64,000 bases of DNA, taken from Leptogorgia sarmentosa (lineage: Eukaryota). The DNA lies in assembly GCA_964658305.1 (NCBI GenBank), contig OZ210885.1, positions 16,864,001-16,928,000 on the forward strand, written 5' to 3'. Position numbers and translations under genes: made by a program. This document shows, in pieces, positions 10,201 through 23,999 of this stretch (the stretch's first letter is position 1; the number at the start of each line of letters is the position of its first letter). Below the pieces are notes generated by a model, which ran no database searches, was not told the origin of the DNA, and worked only from the letters and a program-made list of their open reading frames with translations.

Positions 10201-13200
10201 CACCGAAGTTAAGCTTAGGTGGGAAAAGTTAGTACTTGGATGGGTGACCACCTGGGAATACTTTGTGTTGTAGATTTGCTTCATTTTATTGTATGTGTGT
10301 TTTTAAATAGGTTTGTTTTCAATTTCAACTTCAGGGTTTTGTTATTGTTACACGTTTAAAAAGTGTTACTTCAATCAACAATTGTCTACGACCATACCAG
10401 TAGGAAAATACCGGTTCTTGTCTGATCACCGAAGTTAAGCCTAGGTGGGCAAAGTTAGCACTTGGATGGGTGACCACCTGGGAATACTTTGTCTTGTAGA
10501 CTTGCTTCATTTTATTGTATGTGTGTTTGTAAATAGGTTTGCTTTCAATGTAAACTTCCGGGATTTTGCTATTGCTACATCTGGAAATACTTTGTATTGT
10601 TGTTTTCCTAAATGTTATTTAATGCCTATTTGTAAATATAATTCCTTTCAATTTCAACTTCAGGGTTTTGTTATTGTTACACGTTTAAAAAGTGTAACTT
10701 CCATCAACAAATGTCTACGTCCATACCAGTAGGAAAATACCAGTTCTCGTCTGATCACCGAAGTTAGGTCTAGGTGGGAAAAGTTAGTACTTGGATGGGT
10801 GACCACCTGGGAATACTTTGTGTTGTAGACTTGCTTCATTTTATTGTATGTGTGTTTGTAAATAGATTTGCTTTCAATTTCAACTTCAGGGTTTTGTTAT
10901 TGTTATACGTTTAAAAAGTGTTAGTTCCATCAACAAATGTCTACGACGATACTAGTAGGAAAATACCGGTTCTCGTCTGATCACCGAAGTTAAGCCTAGG
11001 TGGGCAAAGTTAGTACTTCGATGGGTGACTACCTGGGAATACTTTGTGTTGTAGACTTGCTTTATTTTATTGTATGTGTGTTTGTAAATATAATTCCTTT
11101 CAATTTCAACTTCAGGGTTTTGTTATTGTTACACGTTTAAAAAGTGTAACTTCCATCAACAAATGTCTACGACCATACCACTAGGAAAATACCAGTTTTC
11201 GTCTGATCACCGAAGTTAAGCTTAGGTGGGAAAGTTAGTACTTGGATGGGTGACCACCTGGGAATACTTTGTGTTGTAGATTTGCTTCATTTTATTGTAT
11301 GTGTGTTTTTAAATAGGTTTGCTTTCAATTTCAACTTCAGGGTTTTGTTATTGTTACACGTTTAAAAAGTGTTACTTCAATCAACAATTGTCTACGACCA
11401 TACCAGTAGGAAAATACCGGTTCTTGTCTGATCACCGAAGTTAAGCCTAGGTGGGCAAAGTTAGTACTTGGATGGGTGACCACCTGGGAATACTTTGTCT
11501 TGTAGACTTGCTTCATTTTATTGTATGTGTGTTTGTAAATAGGTTTGCTTTCAATGTAAACTTCCGGGATTTTGCTATTGCTACATCTGGAAATACTTTG
11601 TATTGTTGTTTTCCTAAATGTTATTTAATGCCTATTTGTAAATATAATTCCTTTCAATTTCAACTTCAGGGTTTTGTTGTTGTTACACATTTAAAAAGTG
11701 TAACTTCCATCAACAAATGTCTACGGCCGTACGAGTAGGAAAATACCGGTTCTCGTCTGATCACCGAAGTTAAGCCTAGGTGGGCAAAGTTAGTAGTTGG
11801 ATGGGTGACCACCTGGGAATACTTTTTGTTGTAGACTTGCTTCACTTTATTGTATGTGTGTTTGTAAATAGGTTTCCTTTCAATTTCTATTTCAGGGTTT
11901 TGTTATTGTTACACGTTTAAAAAGTGTTACTTCCATCAACAATTGTCTACGATGATACCAGTAGGAAAATACCGGTTCTCGTCTGATCACCGAAGTTAAG
12001 CCTAGGTGGGAAAAGTTAGTACTTGGATGGGTGACCACCTGGGAATACTTTGTGTTGTAGACTTGCTTCATTTTATTGTATGTGTGTTTGTAAATAGGTT
12101 TCCTTTCAATTTCAACTTCAGGGTTTTGTTATTGTTACACGTTTAAAAAGTGTAACTTCCATCAACAAATGTCTACGACCATACCAGTAGGAAAATACCG
12201 GTTCTCGTCTGATCACTGAAGTTAAGCCTAGGTGGGCAAAGTTAGTACTTGGATGGGTGACTACCTGGGAATACTTTGTGTTGTAGACTTGCTTCATTTT
12301 ATTGTATGTGTGTTTGTAAATAGGTTTGCTTTCAATTTCAACTTCAGGGTTTTGTTATTGTTACACGTTTAAAAAGTGTAACTTCCATCAACAAATGTCT
12401 ACGACCATACCAGTAGGAAAATACCGGTTCTCGTCTGATCACCAAAGTTAGGCCTAGGTGGGAAAAGTTAGTACTTGGATGGGTGACCACCTGGGAATAC
12501 TTTGTGTTGTAGACTTGCTTCATTTTATTGTATGTGTGTTTGTAAATAGGTTTGCTTTCAATTTCAACTTCAGGGTTTTGTTATTGTTACACGTTTAAAA
12601 AGTGTAACTTCCATCAACAAATGTCTACGACCATACCAGTAGGAAAATACCGGTTCTTGTCTGATCACCGAAGTTAAGCCTAGGTGGGTAAAGTTAGTAC
12701 TTGGATGGGTGACCACCTGGGAATACTTTGTGTTGTAGACTTGCTTCATTTTATTGTATGTGTGTTTGTAAATAGGTTTGCTTTCAATGTAAACTTCAGG
12801 GATTTTGTTATTGCTACATCTGGAAATACTTTGTATTGTTGTTTTGCTAAATGTTATTTAATGCCTATTTGTAAATATAATTCCTTTCAACTTCAACTTC
12901 AGGGTTTTATTATTGTTACACGTTTAAAAAGTGTAACTTCCATCAACAAGTGTCTACGACCATACCAGTAGGAAAATACCGGTTCTCGTCTGATCACCGA
13001 AGTTAAGCCTAGGTTGGCAAAGTTAGTAGTTGGATGGGTGACCACCTGGGAATACTTTGTGTTGTAGACTTGCTTCATTTTGTTGTGTGTTTGTAAGTAG
13101 GTTTGCTTTCAATTTCAACTTCAGGGTTTTGTTATTGTTACACGTTTAAAAAGTGTAACTTCCATCAACAAATGTCTACGACCATACCAGTAGGAAAATA

Positions 13201-16200
13201 CCGGTTCTCGTCCGATCACCGAAGTTAAGCCTAGGTGGGCAAGTTAGTACTTGGATGGGTGACAACCTGGGAATACTTTGTGTTGTAGACTTGCTTCATT
13301 TTATTGTATGTGTGTTTGTAAATAGGTTTGCTTTCAATTTCAACTTCAGGGTTTTGTTATTGTTACACGTTTAAAAAGTGTAACTTCCATCAACAAATGT
13401 CTACGACCATACCAGTAGGAAAATACCGGTTCTCGTCTGATCACCGAAGTTAAGCCTAGGTGGGCAAAGTTAGTACTTGGATGGGTGACTACCTGGGAAA
13501 ACTTTGTGTTGTAGACTTGCTTCATTTTATTGTATGTGTGTTTGTAAATAGGTTTGCTTTCAATGTAAACTTCAGGGATTTTGTTATTGCTACATCTGGA
13601 AATACTTTGTATTGTTGTTTTCCTAAATGTTATTTAATGCCTATTTGTAAATATAATTCCTTTCAACTTCAACTTCAGGGTTTTATTATTGTTACACGTT
13701 TAAAAAGTGTAACTTCCATCAACAAGTGTCTACGACCATACCAGTAGGAAAATACCGGTTCTCGTCTGATCACCGAAGTTAAGCCTAGGTTGGCAAAGTT
13801 AGTAGTTGGATGGTTGACCACCTGGGAATACTTTGTGTTGTAGACTTGCTTCATTTTGTTGTATGTGTGTTTGTAAGTAGGTTTGCTTTCAATTTCAACT
13901 TCAGGGTTTTGTTATTGTTACACGTTTAAAAAGTGTAACTTCCATCAACAAATGTCTGCGACCATACCAGTAGGAAAATACCGGTTCTCGTCTGATCACC
14001 GACGTTAAGCCTAGGTGGGCAAAGTTAGTACTTGGATGGGTGACTACCTGGGAATACTTTGTGTTGTAGACTTGCTTCATTTTATTGTATGTGTGTTTGT
14101 AAATAGGTTTGCTTTCAATTTCAACTTCAGGGTTTTGTTATTGTTACACGTTTAAAAAGTGTAACTTCCATCAACAAATGTCTACGACCATACCAGTAGG
14201 AAAATACCGGTTCTCGTCTGATCACCGAAGTAAAGCCTAGGTGGGCAAAGTTAGTACTTGGATGGGTGACTACCTGGGAATACTTTGTGTTGTAGACTTG
14301 CTTCATTTTATTGTATGTGTGTTTGTAAATAGGTTTGCTTTCAATGTAAACTTCAGGGATTTTGTTATTGCTACATCTGGAAATACTTTGTATTGTTGTT
14401 TTCCTAAATGTTATTTAATGCCTATTTGTAAATATAATTCCTTTCAATTTCAACTTCAGGGTTTTGTTATTGTTACACGTTTAAAAAGTGTAACTTCCAT
14501 CAACAAATGTCTACGACCATACCAGTAGGAAAATACCGGTTCTCGTCTGATCACTGAAGTTAAGCCTAGGTGGGCAAAGTTAGTACTTGGATGGGTGACT
14601 ACCTGGGAATACTTTGTGTTGTAGACTTGCTTCATTTTATTGTATGTGTGTTTGTAAATAGGTTTGCTTTCAATTTCAACTTCAGGGTTTTGTTATTGTT
14701 ACACGTTTAAAAAGTGTAACTTCCATCAACAAATGTCTACGACCATACCAGTAGGAAAATACCGGTTCTCGTCTGATCACCAAAGTTAGGCCTTGGTGGG
14801 AAAAGTTAGTACTTGGATGGGTGACCACCTGGGAATACTTTGTGTTGTAGACTTGCTTCATTTTATTGTATGTGTGTTTGTAAATAGGTTTGCTTTCAAT
14901 TTCAACTTCAGGGTTTTGTTATTGTTACACGTTTAAAAAGTGTAACTTCCATCAACAAATGTCTACGACCATACCAGTAGGAAAATACCGGTTCTCGTCT
15001 GATCACCGAAGTTAAGCCTAGGTGGGCAAAGTTAGTAGTTGGATGGGTGACTACCTGGGAATACTTTGTGTTGTAGACTTGCTTCATTTTGTTGTGTGTT
15101 TGTAAGTAGGTTTGCTTTCAATTTCAACTTCAGGGTTTTGTTATTGTTACACGTTTAAAAAGTGTAACTTCCATCAACAAATGTCTAGGACCATACCAGT
15201 AGGAAAATACCGGTTCTCGTCTGATCACCAAAGTTAGGCCTAGGTGGGAAAAGTTAGTACTTGGATGGGTGACCACCTGGGAATACTTTGTGTTTTAGAC
15301 TTGCTTCATTTTGTTGTATGTGTGTTTGTAAGTAGGTTTGCTTTCAATTTCAACTTCAGGGTTTTGTTATTGTTACACGTTTAAAAAGTGTAACTTCCAT
15401 CAACAAATGTCTACGACCATACCAGTAGGAAAATACCGGTTCTCGTCTGATCACCGAAGTTAAGCCTAGGTGGGCAAAGTTAGTACATGCATGGGTGACT
15501 ACCTGGGAATACTTTGTGTTGTAGACTTGCTTCATTTTATTGTATGTGTGTTTGTAAATAGGTTTGCTTTCAATTTCAACTTCAGGGTTTTGTTATTGTT
15601 ACATGTTTAAAAAGTGTAACTTCCATCAACAAATGTCTACGACCATACCAGTAGGAAAATACCGGTTCTCGTCTGATCACCGAAGTTAAGCCTAGGTGGG
15701 CAAAGTTACTACTTGGATGGGTGACCACCTGGGAATACTTTGTGTTGTAGACTTGCTTCATTTTATTATATGTGTGTTTGTAAATAGGTTTGCTTTCAAT
15801 GTAAACTTCAGGGATTTTGTTATTGCTACATCTGGAAATACTTTGTATTGTTGTTTTCCTAAATGTTATTTAATGCCTATTTGTAAATATAATTCCTTTC
15901 AATTTCAACTTCAGGGTTTTGTTATTGTTACACATTTAAAAAGTGTAACTTGCATCAACAAATGTCTACGACCGTACGAGTAGGAAAATACCGGTTCTCG
16001 TCTGATCACCGAAGTTAAGCCTAGGTGGGCAAAGTTAGTACTTGGATGGGTGACTACCTGCAAATACTTTGTGTTGTAGACTTGCTTCATTTTATTGTAT
16101 GTGTGTTTGTAAATAGGTTTGCTTTCAATTTCAACTTCAGGGTTTTGTTATTGTTACACGTTTAAAAAGTGTAACTTCCATCAACAAATGTCTACGACCA

Positions 16201-17190
16201 TACCAGTAGGAAAATACCGGTTCTCGTCTGATCACCGAAGTTAAGCCTAGGTGGGCAAAGTTAGTACTTGGATGGGTGACTACCTGGGAATACTTTGTGT
16301 TGTAGACTTGCTTCATTTTATTGTATGTGTGTTTGTAAATAGGTTTGCTTTCAATGTAAACTTCAGGGATTTTGTTATTGCTACATCTGGAAATACTTTG
16401 TATTGTTGTTTTCCTAAATGTTATTTAATGCCTATTTGTAAATATAATTCCTTTCAACTTCAACATCAGGGTTTTGTTATTGTTACACGTTTAAAAAGTG
16501 TAACTTCCATCATCAAATGTCTACGACCATACCAGTAGGAAAATACCGGTTCTCGTCTGATCACTGAAGTTAAGCCTAGGTGGGCAAAGTTAGTACTTGG
16601 ATGGGTGACTACCTGGGAATACTTTGTGTTGTAGACTTGCTTCATTTTATTGTATGTGTGTTTGTAAATAGGTTTGCTTTCAATTTCAGCTTCAGGGTTT
16701 TGTTATTGTTACACGTTTAAAAAGTGTAACTTCCATCAACAAATGTCTAGGACCATACCAGTAGGAAAATACCGGTTCTCGTCTGATCACCAAAGTTAGG
16801 CCTAGGTGGGAAAAGTTAGTACTTGGATGGGTGACCACCTGGGAATACTTTGTGTTGTAGACTTGCTTCATTTTGTTGCTGCCGCAGCGAGCGAGCCTGA
16901 AGCGAGCGAGCAAGGCAGCAGATCCTAAATTTATCATGTGGATCAAAATCAAAATTTTCTATTGGCGCATTGCATGACGGTACCAGTAAATTTAGGGTGT
17001 TCGACCCGCATTTGCAGGACTTCTCTCAGCTGTTAATTCTTCCCGTTTCGTACAGTGACTACAGTATACGAATGGCCGGCACGGCCGCATGGATATTTTT
17101 TATAATCCATTCCAATCTGATCACAGGTTTTAACACAAAGTTACCGTTGTTATTTAAGACGACAATTCGTCAATATTATTGCTATCGTGT

Positions 17191-17212
17191 TGTGTGTGTG
17201 TGTTTGTGCGTG
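17191..17212 (+). repeat. Imperfect (TG)n microsatellite inside the HINE-like element
   Basis: TGTGTGTGTGTGTTTGTGCGTG. Confidence 0.8.
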
Positions 17213-17435
17213 TCTGGAAAAAACTAGGGCAAAGCAAGTTCTTGCGGGCTAAATATTACAAAATGGCAGCTGGTATAGGCGCGAGCTGAAGGTGGTGATG
17301 CGTTTGATCACTTTGATCGTGGATTTTATTTCGCATGAATAACCAGATAAGAAGAAAATATAATGGCCGCAGCGACAAGTGTTAATTTTTAAGAATTTAC
17401 GTTTTTACAACACTATTTACAAGGGAAATTTATAC

Positions 17436-17556
17436 GCAAAAAAATCATGACGCAAATTATACATTGGCACCGCATTGCTGATTGCTTTTGAAGATATCAA
17501 AGAGGTTTGCTATGGAATCATCGAAGCAAAAATATCATGACGCAAATTATGCATTG
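17436..17556 (+). repeat. 31-bp direct repeat pair, 90 bp apart, inside the HINE-like element
   Basis: GCAAAAAAATCATGACGCAAATTATACATTG (17436-17466) versus GCAAAAATATCATGACGCAAATTATGCATTG (17526-17556), 2 mismatches. Confidence 0.9.
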
Positions 17557-20500
17557 TATTACCTTGAACACAGCGAATATTTAAGGTTATGAAAAAGGTT
17601 TATGTCTTGATACAACACACAATTGCGCATATATTTTCCCTACGATACTTTAGCGTGTCGGCACTGACACACTGTACATGCATGTTTGGACTGCCCGTGG
17701 TCTCATCGTGATCACGGAATATCTACTATATTTTGACGCTTCGTCATACAGAATGGTTGAAGCATTCAATCCCAGGAAAATAGATTTTGTAGCTTGTAAT
17801 AAAACGGGTTTGTGCGTTTATTAAGCGCGAGACAAAACAAACGAAATAATATATAGTTTCAAGTAGCTATTCTGTTCTGAACCTACGCGCATAGCGACTA
17901 GGCAAATGCTGCATGAATGGACAGAATATACTGTATATAAATGTATCATTATTAATATATGGTTTTGAAAAGGGTAATTTGGTTTTTAGAAAGCCACATT
18001 TTTCACAAACAATCGCATTATCGCAAAGCGCTGTCTCTATTTTAAAGACGCAATAAAATGACGCATGAAATGCGATATCATATGTCGTCAATTTCAATTC
18101 CTTACGCAATTTGAGATGATCGCGCGAATTCCGGAATGCGAGATAGTCATGAAAGCTTATATCAAGTATTGAATACGTCTCACGTTTTAACCACGCACAA
18201 CCTCACGTCTTGAAAGGAATTAGTATTTGCGCTATTCGCCTATTCCCCAGCAGTAAACCATTTTATACATGCAAGATCACGTATTAGGGACAGATAAGAT
18301 GCGTGCATCGAAAAGCCGAAAACAAATAAGATTTGATCACCGTTGCTAACCAAGCTACATAGACGCAGATACATGTACACTTTGTGTACCTATTTTTATG
18401 TTTATAAAGAGCTATTTCAATCCTATTAAAGTCGATTCATACAAGTAGGCCGACAAAACGGTCAGGCAAAAAGACCTAAACAGGAACAGTGTAATATTTA
18501 TACGGTTTTTATCGCAACTGGTCCCGTTTAGATCTTACAATATTGCAATAATAAATATATACATTACACTTAACTTTCACCAACTAACTCATTCTGTAAA
18601 ATTTTCATAATAATTCCATTTGTTTTTATTGATATCATTTTTGAGTTGTAATACTTTCGATGACTACAGCTTGCGCCAAGGCAGCATTTCCTACCCTGTG
18701 GGTAACCTAGTTGTATGTGTGTTTGTAAGTAGGTTTGCTTTCAATTTCAACTTCAGGGTTTTGTTATTGTTACACGTTTAAAAAGTGTAACTTCCATCAA
18801 CAAATGTCTACGACCATACCAGTAGGAAAATACCGGTTCTCGTCTGATCACCGAAGTTAAGCCTAGGTGGGCAAAGTTAGTACTTGGATGGGTGACCACC
18901 TGGGAATACTTTGTGTTGTAGACTTGCTTGATTTTATTGTATGTGTGTTTGTAAATAGGTTTGCTTTCAATGTAAACTTCAGGGATTTTGTTATTGCTAC
19001 ATCTGGAAATACTTTGTATTGTTGTTTTCCTAAATGTTATTTAATGCCTATTTGTAAATATAATTCCTTTCAATTTCAACTTCAGGGTTTTGTTATTGTT
19101 ACACATTTAAAAAGTGTAACTTGCATCAACAAATGTCTACGACCGTACGAGTAGGAAAATACCGGTTCTCGTCTGATCACCGAAGTTAAGCCTAGGTGGG
19201 CAAAGTTAGTACTTGGATGGGTGACTACCTGCGAATACTTTGTGTTGTAGACTTGCTTCATTTTATTGTATGTGTGTTTGTAAATATAATTCCTTTCAAT
19301 TTCAACTTCAGGGTTTTGTTATTGTTACACGTTTAAAAAGTGTAACTTCCATCAATAAATGTCTACGACCATACCACTAGGAAAATACCGGTTCTTGTCT
19401 GATCACCGAAGTTAAGCCTAGGTGGGAAAAGTTAGTACTTGGATGCGTGACCACCTGGGAATACTTTGTGTTGTAGACTTGCTTCATTTTATTGTATGTG
19501 TGTTTGTAAATAGGTTTGCTTTCAATGTAAACTTCAGGGATTTTGTTATTGCTACATCTGGAAATACTTTGTATTGTTGTTTTCCTAAATGTTATTTAAT
19601 GCCTATTTGTAAATATAATTCCTTTCAACTTCAACTTCAGGGTTTTGTTATTGTTACACGTTTAAAAAGTGTAACTTCCATCAACAAGTGTCTACGACCA
19701 TACCAGTAGGAAAATACCGGTTCTCGTCTGATCACCGAAGTTAAGCCTAGGTGGGCAAAGTTAGTAGTTGGATGGGTGACCACCTGGGAATACTTTGTGT
19801 TGTAGACTTGCTTCATTTTATTGTATGTGTGTTTGTAAATAGGTTTGCTTTCAATTTCAACTTCAGGGTTTTGTTATTGTTACACGTTTAAAAAGTGTAA
19901 CTTCCATCAACAAATGTCTACGACCATACCAGTAGGAAAATACCGGTTCTCGTCTGATCACCGAAGTTAAGCCTAGGTGGGAAAAGTAAGTACTTGGATG
20001 GGTGACCACCTGGGAATACTTTGTGTTGTAGACTTGCTTCATTTTATTGTATGTGTGTTTGTAAATAGGTTTGCTTTCAATTTCAACTTCAGGGTTTTGT
20101 TATTGTTACACGTTTAAAAAGTGTAACTTCCATCAACAAATGTCTACGACCATACCAGTGGGAAAATACCGGTTCTCGTCTGATCACCGAAGTTAAGCCT
20201 AGGTGGGCAAAGTTAGTACTTGGATGGGTGACCACCTGGGAATACTTTGTGTTGTAGACTTGCTTCATTTTATTGTATGTGTGTTTGTAAATAGGTTTGC
20301 TTTCAATGTAAACTTCAGGGATTTTGTTATTGCTACATCTGGAAATACTTTGTATTGTTGTTTTCCTAAATGTTATTTAATGCCTATTTGTAAATATAAT
20401 TCCTTTCAATTTCAACTTCAGGGTTTTGTTATTGTTACACATTTAAAAAGTGTAACTTGCATCAACAAATGTCTACGACCGTACGAGTAGGAAAATACCG

Positions 20501-23500
20501 GTTCTCGTCTGATCACCGAAGTTAAGCCTAGGTGGGCAAAGTTAGTACTTGGTTGGGTGACTACCTGCGAATACTTTGTGTTGTAGACTTGCTTCATTTT
20601 ATTGTATGTGTGTTTGTAAATATAATTCCTTTCAATTTCAACTTCAGGGTTTTGTTATTGTTACACGTTTAAAAAGTGTAACTTCCATCAATAAATGTCT
20701 ACGACCATACCACTAGGAAAATACCGGTTCTCGTCTGATCACCGAAGTTAAGCGTAGGTGGGAAAAGTTAGTACTTGGATGGGTGAGCACCTGGGAATAC
20801 TTTGTGTTGTAGATTTGCTTCATTTTATTGTATGTGTGTTTTTAAATAGGTTTGCTTTCAATTTCAACTTCAGGGTTTTGTTATTGTTACACGTTTAAAA
20901 AGTGTAACTTCCATCAACAAATGTCTACGACCATACCAGTAGGAAAATACCGGTTCTCGTCTGATCACCGAAGTTAGGCCTAGGTGGGCAAAGTTAGTAC
21001 TTGGATGGGTGACCACCTGGGAATACTTTGTGTTGTAGACTTGCTTCATTTTACTGTATGTGTGTTTGTAAATAGGTTTGCTTTCAATGCAAACTTCAGG
21101 GATTTTGTTATTGCTACATCTGGAAATACTTTGTATTGTTGTTTTGCTAAATGTTATTTAATCCCTATTTGTAAATATAATTCCTTTTAATTTCAACTTC
21201 AGGGTTTTGTTATTGTTACACGTTTAAAAAGTGTAACTTCCATCAACAAATGCCTACGACCGTACGAGTAGGAAAATACCGGTTCTCGTCTGATCACCGA
21301 AGTTAAGCCTAGGTGGGCAAAGTTAGTAGTTGGATGGGTGACCACCTGGGAATACTTTGCGTTGTAGACTTGCTTCATTTTGTTGTATGTGTGTTTGTAA
21401 GTAGGTTTGCTTTCAATTTCAACTTCAGGGTTTTGTTATTGTTACACGTTTAAAAATTAACTTCCATCAACAAATGTCTACGACCATACCAGTAGGAAAA
21501 TACCGGTTCTCGTCTGATCACCGAAGTTAAGTCTAGGTGGGAAAAGTTAGTACTTGGATGGGTGACCACCTGGGAATACTTTGTGTTGTAGACTTGCTTG
21601 ATTTTATTGTATGTGTGTTTGTAAATAGGTTTGCTTTCAATTTCAACTTCAGGGTTTTGTTATTGTTACACGTTTAAAAAGTGTAACTTCAATCAACAAA
21701 TGTCTACGACCATACCAGTAGGAAAATACCGGTTCTCGTCTTATCACCGAAGTTAAGCCTTGGTGGGCAAAGTTAGTACTTGGATGGGTGACCACCTGGG
21801 AATACTTTGTGTTGTAGACTTGCTTGATTTTATTGTATGTGTGTTTGTAAATAGGTTTGCTTTCAATTTCAACTTCAGGGTTTTGTTATTGTTACACGTT
21901 TAAAAAGTGTAACTTCCATCAACAAATGTCTACGACCATACCAGTAGGAAAATACCGGTTCTCGTCTGATCACCGAAGTTAAGCCTAGGTGGGCAAAGTT
22001 AGTACTTGGATGGGTGACCACCTGGGAATACTTTGTGTTGTAGACTTGCTTCATTTTATTGTATGTGTGTTTGTAAATAGGTTTGCTTTCAATGTAAACT
22101 TCAGGGATTTTGTTATTGCTACATCTGGAAATACTTTGTATTGTTGTTTTCCTAAATGTTATTTAATGCCTATTTGTAAATATAATTCCTTTCAACTTCA
22201 ACTTCAGGGTTTTGTTATTGTTACACGTTTAAAAAGTGTAACTTCCATCAACAAGTGTCTACGACCATACCAGTAAGAAAATACCGGTTCTCGTCTGATC
22301 ACCGAAGTTAAGCCTAGGTGGGCAAAGTTAGTAGTTGGATGGGTGACCACCTGGGAATACTTTGTGTTGTAGACTTGCTTCATTTTGTTGTATGTGTGTT
22401 TGTAAGTAGGTTTGCTTTCAATTTCAACTTCAGTGTTTTGTTATTGTTACACATTTAAAAAGTGTAACTTCCATCAACAAATGTCTACGACCATACCAGT
22501 AGGAAAATACCGGTTCTCGTCTGATCACTGAAGTTAAGCCTAGGTGGGCAAAGTTAGTACTTGGATGGGTGACTACCTGGGAATACTTTGTGTTGTAGAC
22601 TTGCTTCATTTTATTGTATGTGTGTTTGTAAATAGGTTTGCTTTCAATTTCAACTTCAGGGTTTTGTTATTGTTACACGTTTAAAAAGTGTAACTTCCAT
22701 CAACAAATGTCTACGACCGTACGAGTAGGAAAATACCGGTTCTCGTCTGATCACCGAAGTTAAGCCTAGGTGGGCAAAGTTAGTAGTTGGATGGGTGACC
22801 ACCTGGGAATACTTTGCGTTGTAGACTTGCTTCATTTTGTTGTATGTGTGTTTGTAAGTAGGTTTGCTTTCAATTTCAACTTCAGGGTTTTGTTATTGTT
22901 ACACGTTTAAAAAGTGTAACTTCCATCAACAAATGTCTACGACCATACCAGTAGGAAAATACCGGTTCTCGTCTGATCACCGAAGTTAAGCCTAGGTGGG
23001 CAAAGTTAGTACTTGGATGGGTGACTACCTGGGAATAATTTGTGTTGTAGACTTGCTTCATTTTATTGTATGTGTGTTTGTAAATAGGTTTGCTTTCAAT
23101 TTCAACTTCAGGGTTTTGTTATTGTTACACGTTTAAAAAGTGTAACTTCCATCAACAAATGTCTACGACCATACCAGTAGGAAAATACCGGTTCTCGTCT
23201 GATCACCGAAGTTAAGCCTAGGTGGGAAAAGTTAGTACTTGGATGGGTGACCACCTGGGAATACTTTGTGTTGTAGACTTGCTTGATTTTATTGTATGTG
23301 TGTTTGTAAATAGGTTTGCTTTCAATTTCAACTTCAGGGTTTTGTTATTGTTACACGTTTAAAAAGTGTAACTTCCATCAACAAATGTCTACGACCGTAC
23401 GAGTAGGAAAATACCGGTTCTCGTCTGATCACCGAAGTTAAGCCTAGGTGGGCAAAGTTAGTAGTTGGATGGGTGACCACCTGGGAATACTTTGCGTTGT

Positions 23501-23999
23501 AGACTTGCTTCATTTTGTTGTATGTGTGTTTGTAAGTAGGTTTGCTTTCAATTTCAACTTCAGGGTTTTGTTATTGTTACACGTTTAAAAAGTGTAACTT
23601 CCATCAACAAATGTCTACGACCATACCAGTAGGAAAATACCGGTTCTCGTCTGATCACCGAAGTTAAGCCTAGGTGGGCAAAGTTAGTACTTGGATGGGT
23701 GACTACCTGGGAATAATTTGTGTTGTAGACTTGCTTCATTTTATTGTATGTGTGTTTGTAAATAGGTTTGCTTTCAATTTCAACTTCAGGGTTTTGTTAT
23801 TGTTACACGTTTAAAAAGTGTAACTTCCATCAACAAATGTCTACGACCATACCAGTAGGAAAATACCGGTTCTCGTCTGATCACCGAAGTTAAGCCTAGG
23901 TGGGAAAAGTTAGTACTTGGATGGGTGACCACCTGGGAATACTTTGTGTTGTAGACTTGCTTGATTTTATTGTATGTGTGTTTGTAAATAGGTTTGCTT

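Larger units (their letters stand above)
16877..18711 (+). mobile_element. Non-autonomous rolling-circle element, Helentron-associated (HINE/DINE-1-like, Helitron2-type)
   Basis: 5' TGCTGCC is complementary to GGCAGCA, which occurs in CAAGGCAGCA both at 16911-16920 and at 18677-18686. The 3' copy is followed by hairpin TACCC-TGT-GGGTA (18692-18704) and CTAG(T). There is an internal TG microsatellite. Removing the element restores the empty site CATTTTGT^TGTATG with no TSD required. Confidence 0.75.

Noticed and set aside
3507..16878. Both insertions lie beside ATTTTGTT, suggesting a shared target site
   Set aside because: There are only two events, they involve different mechanisms, and the spacer is T-rich, so coincidence is likely.
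16970..18109. Short ORFs in the second insertion as Rep/helicase or RT fragments; 5S-targeting non-LTR retrotransposon (Mutsu-like)
   Set aside because: There are no HUH, helicase or RT motifs and no poly(A) tail, and the insertion is in the spacer rather than within the 5S gene.
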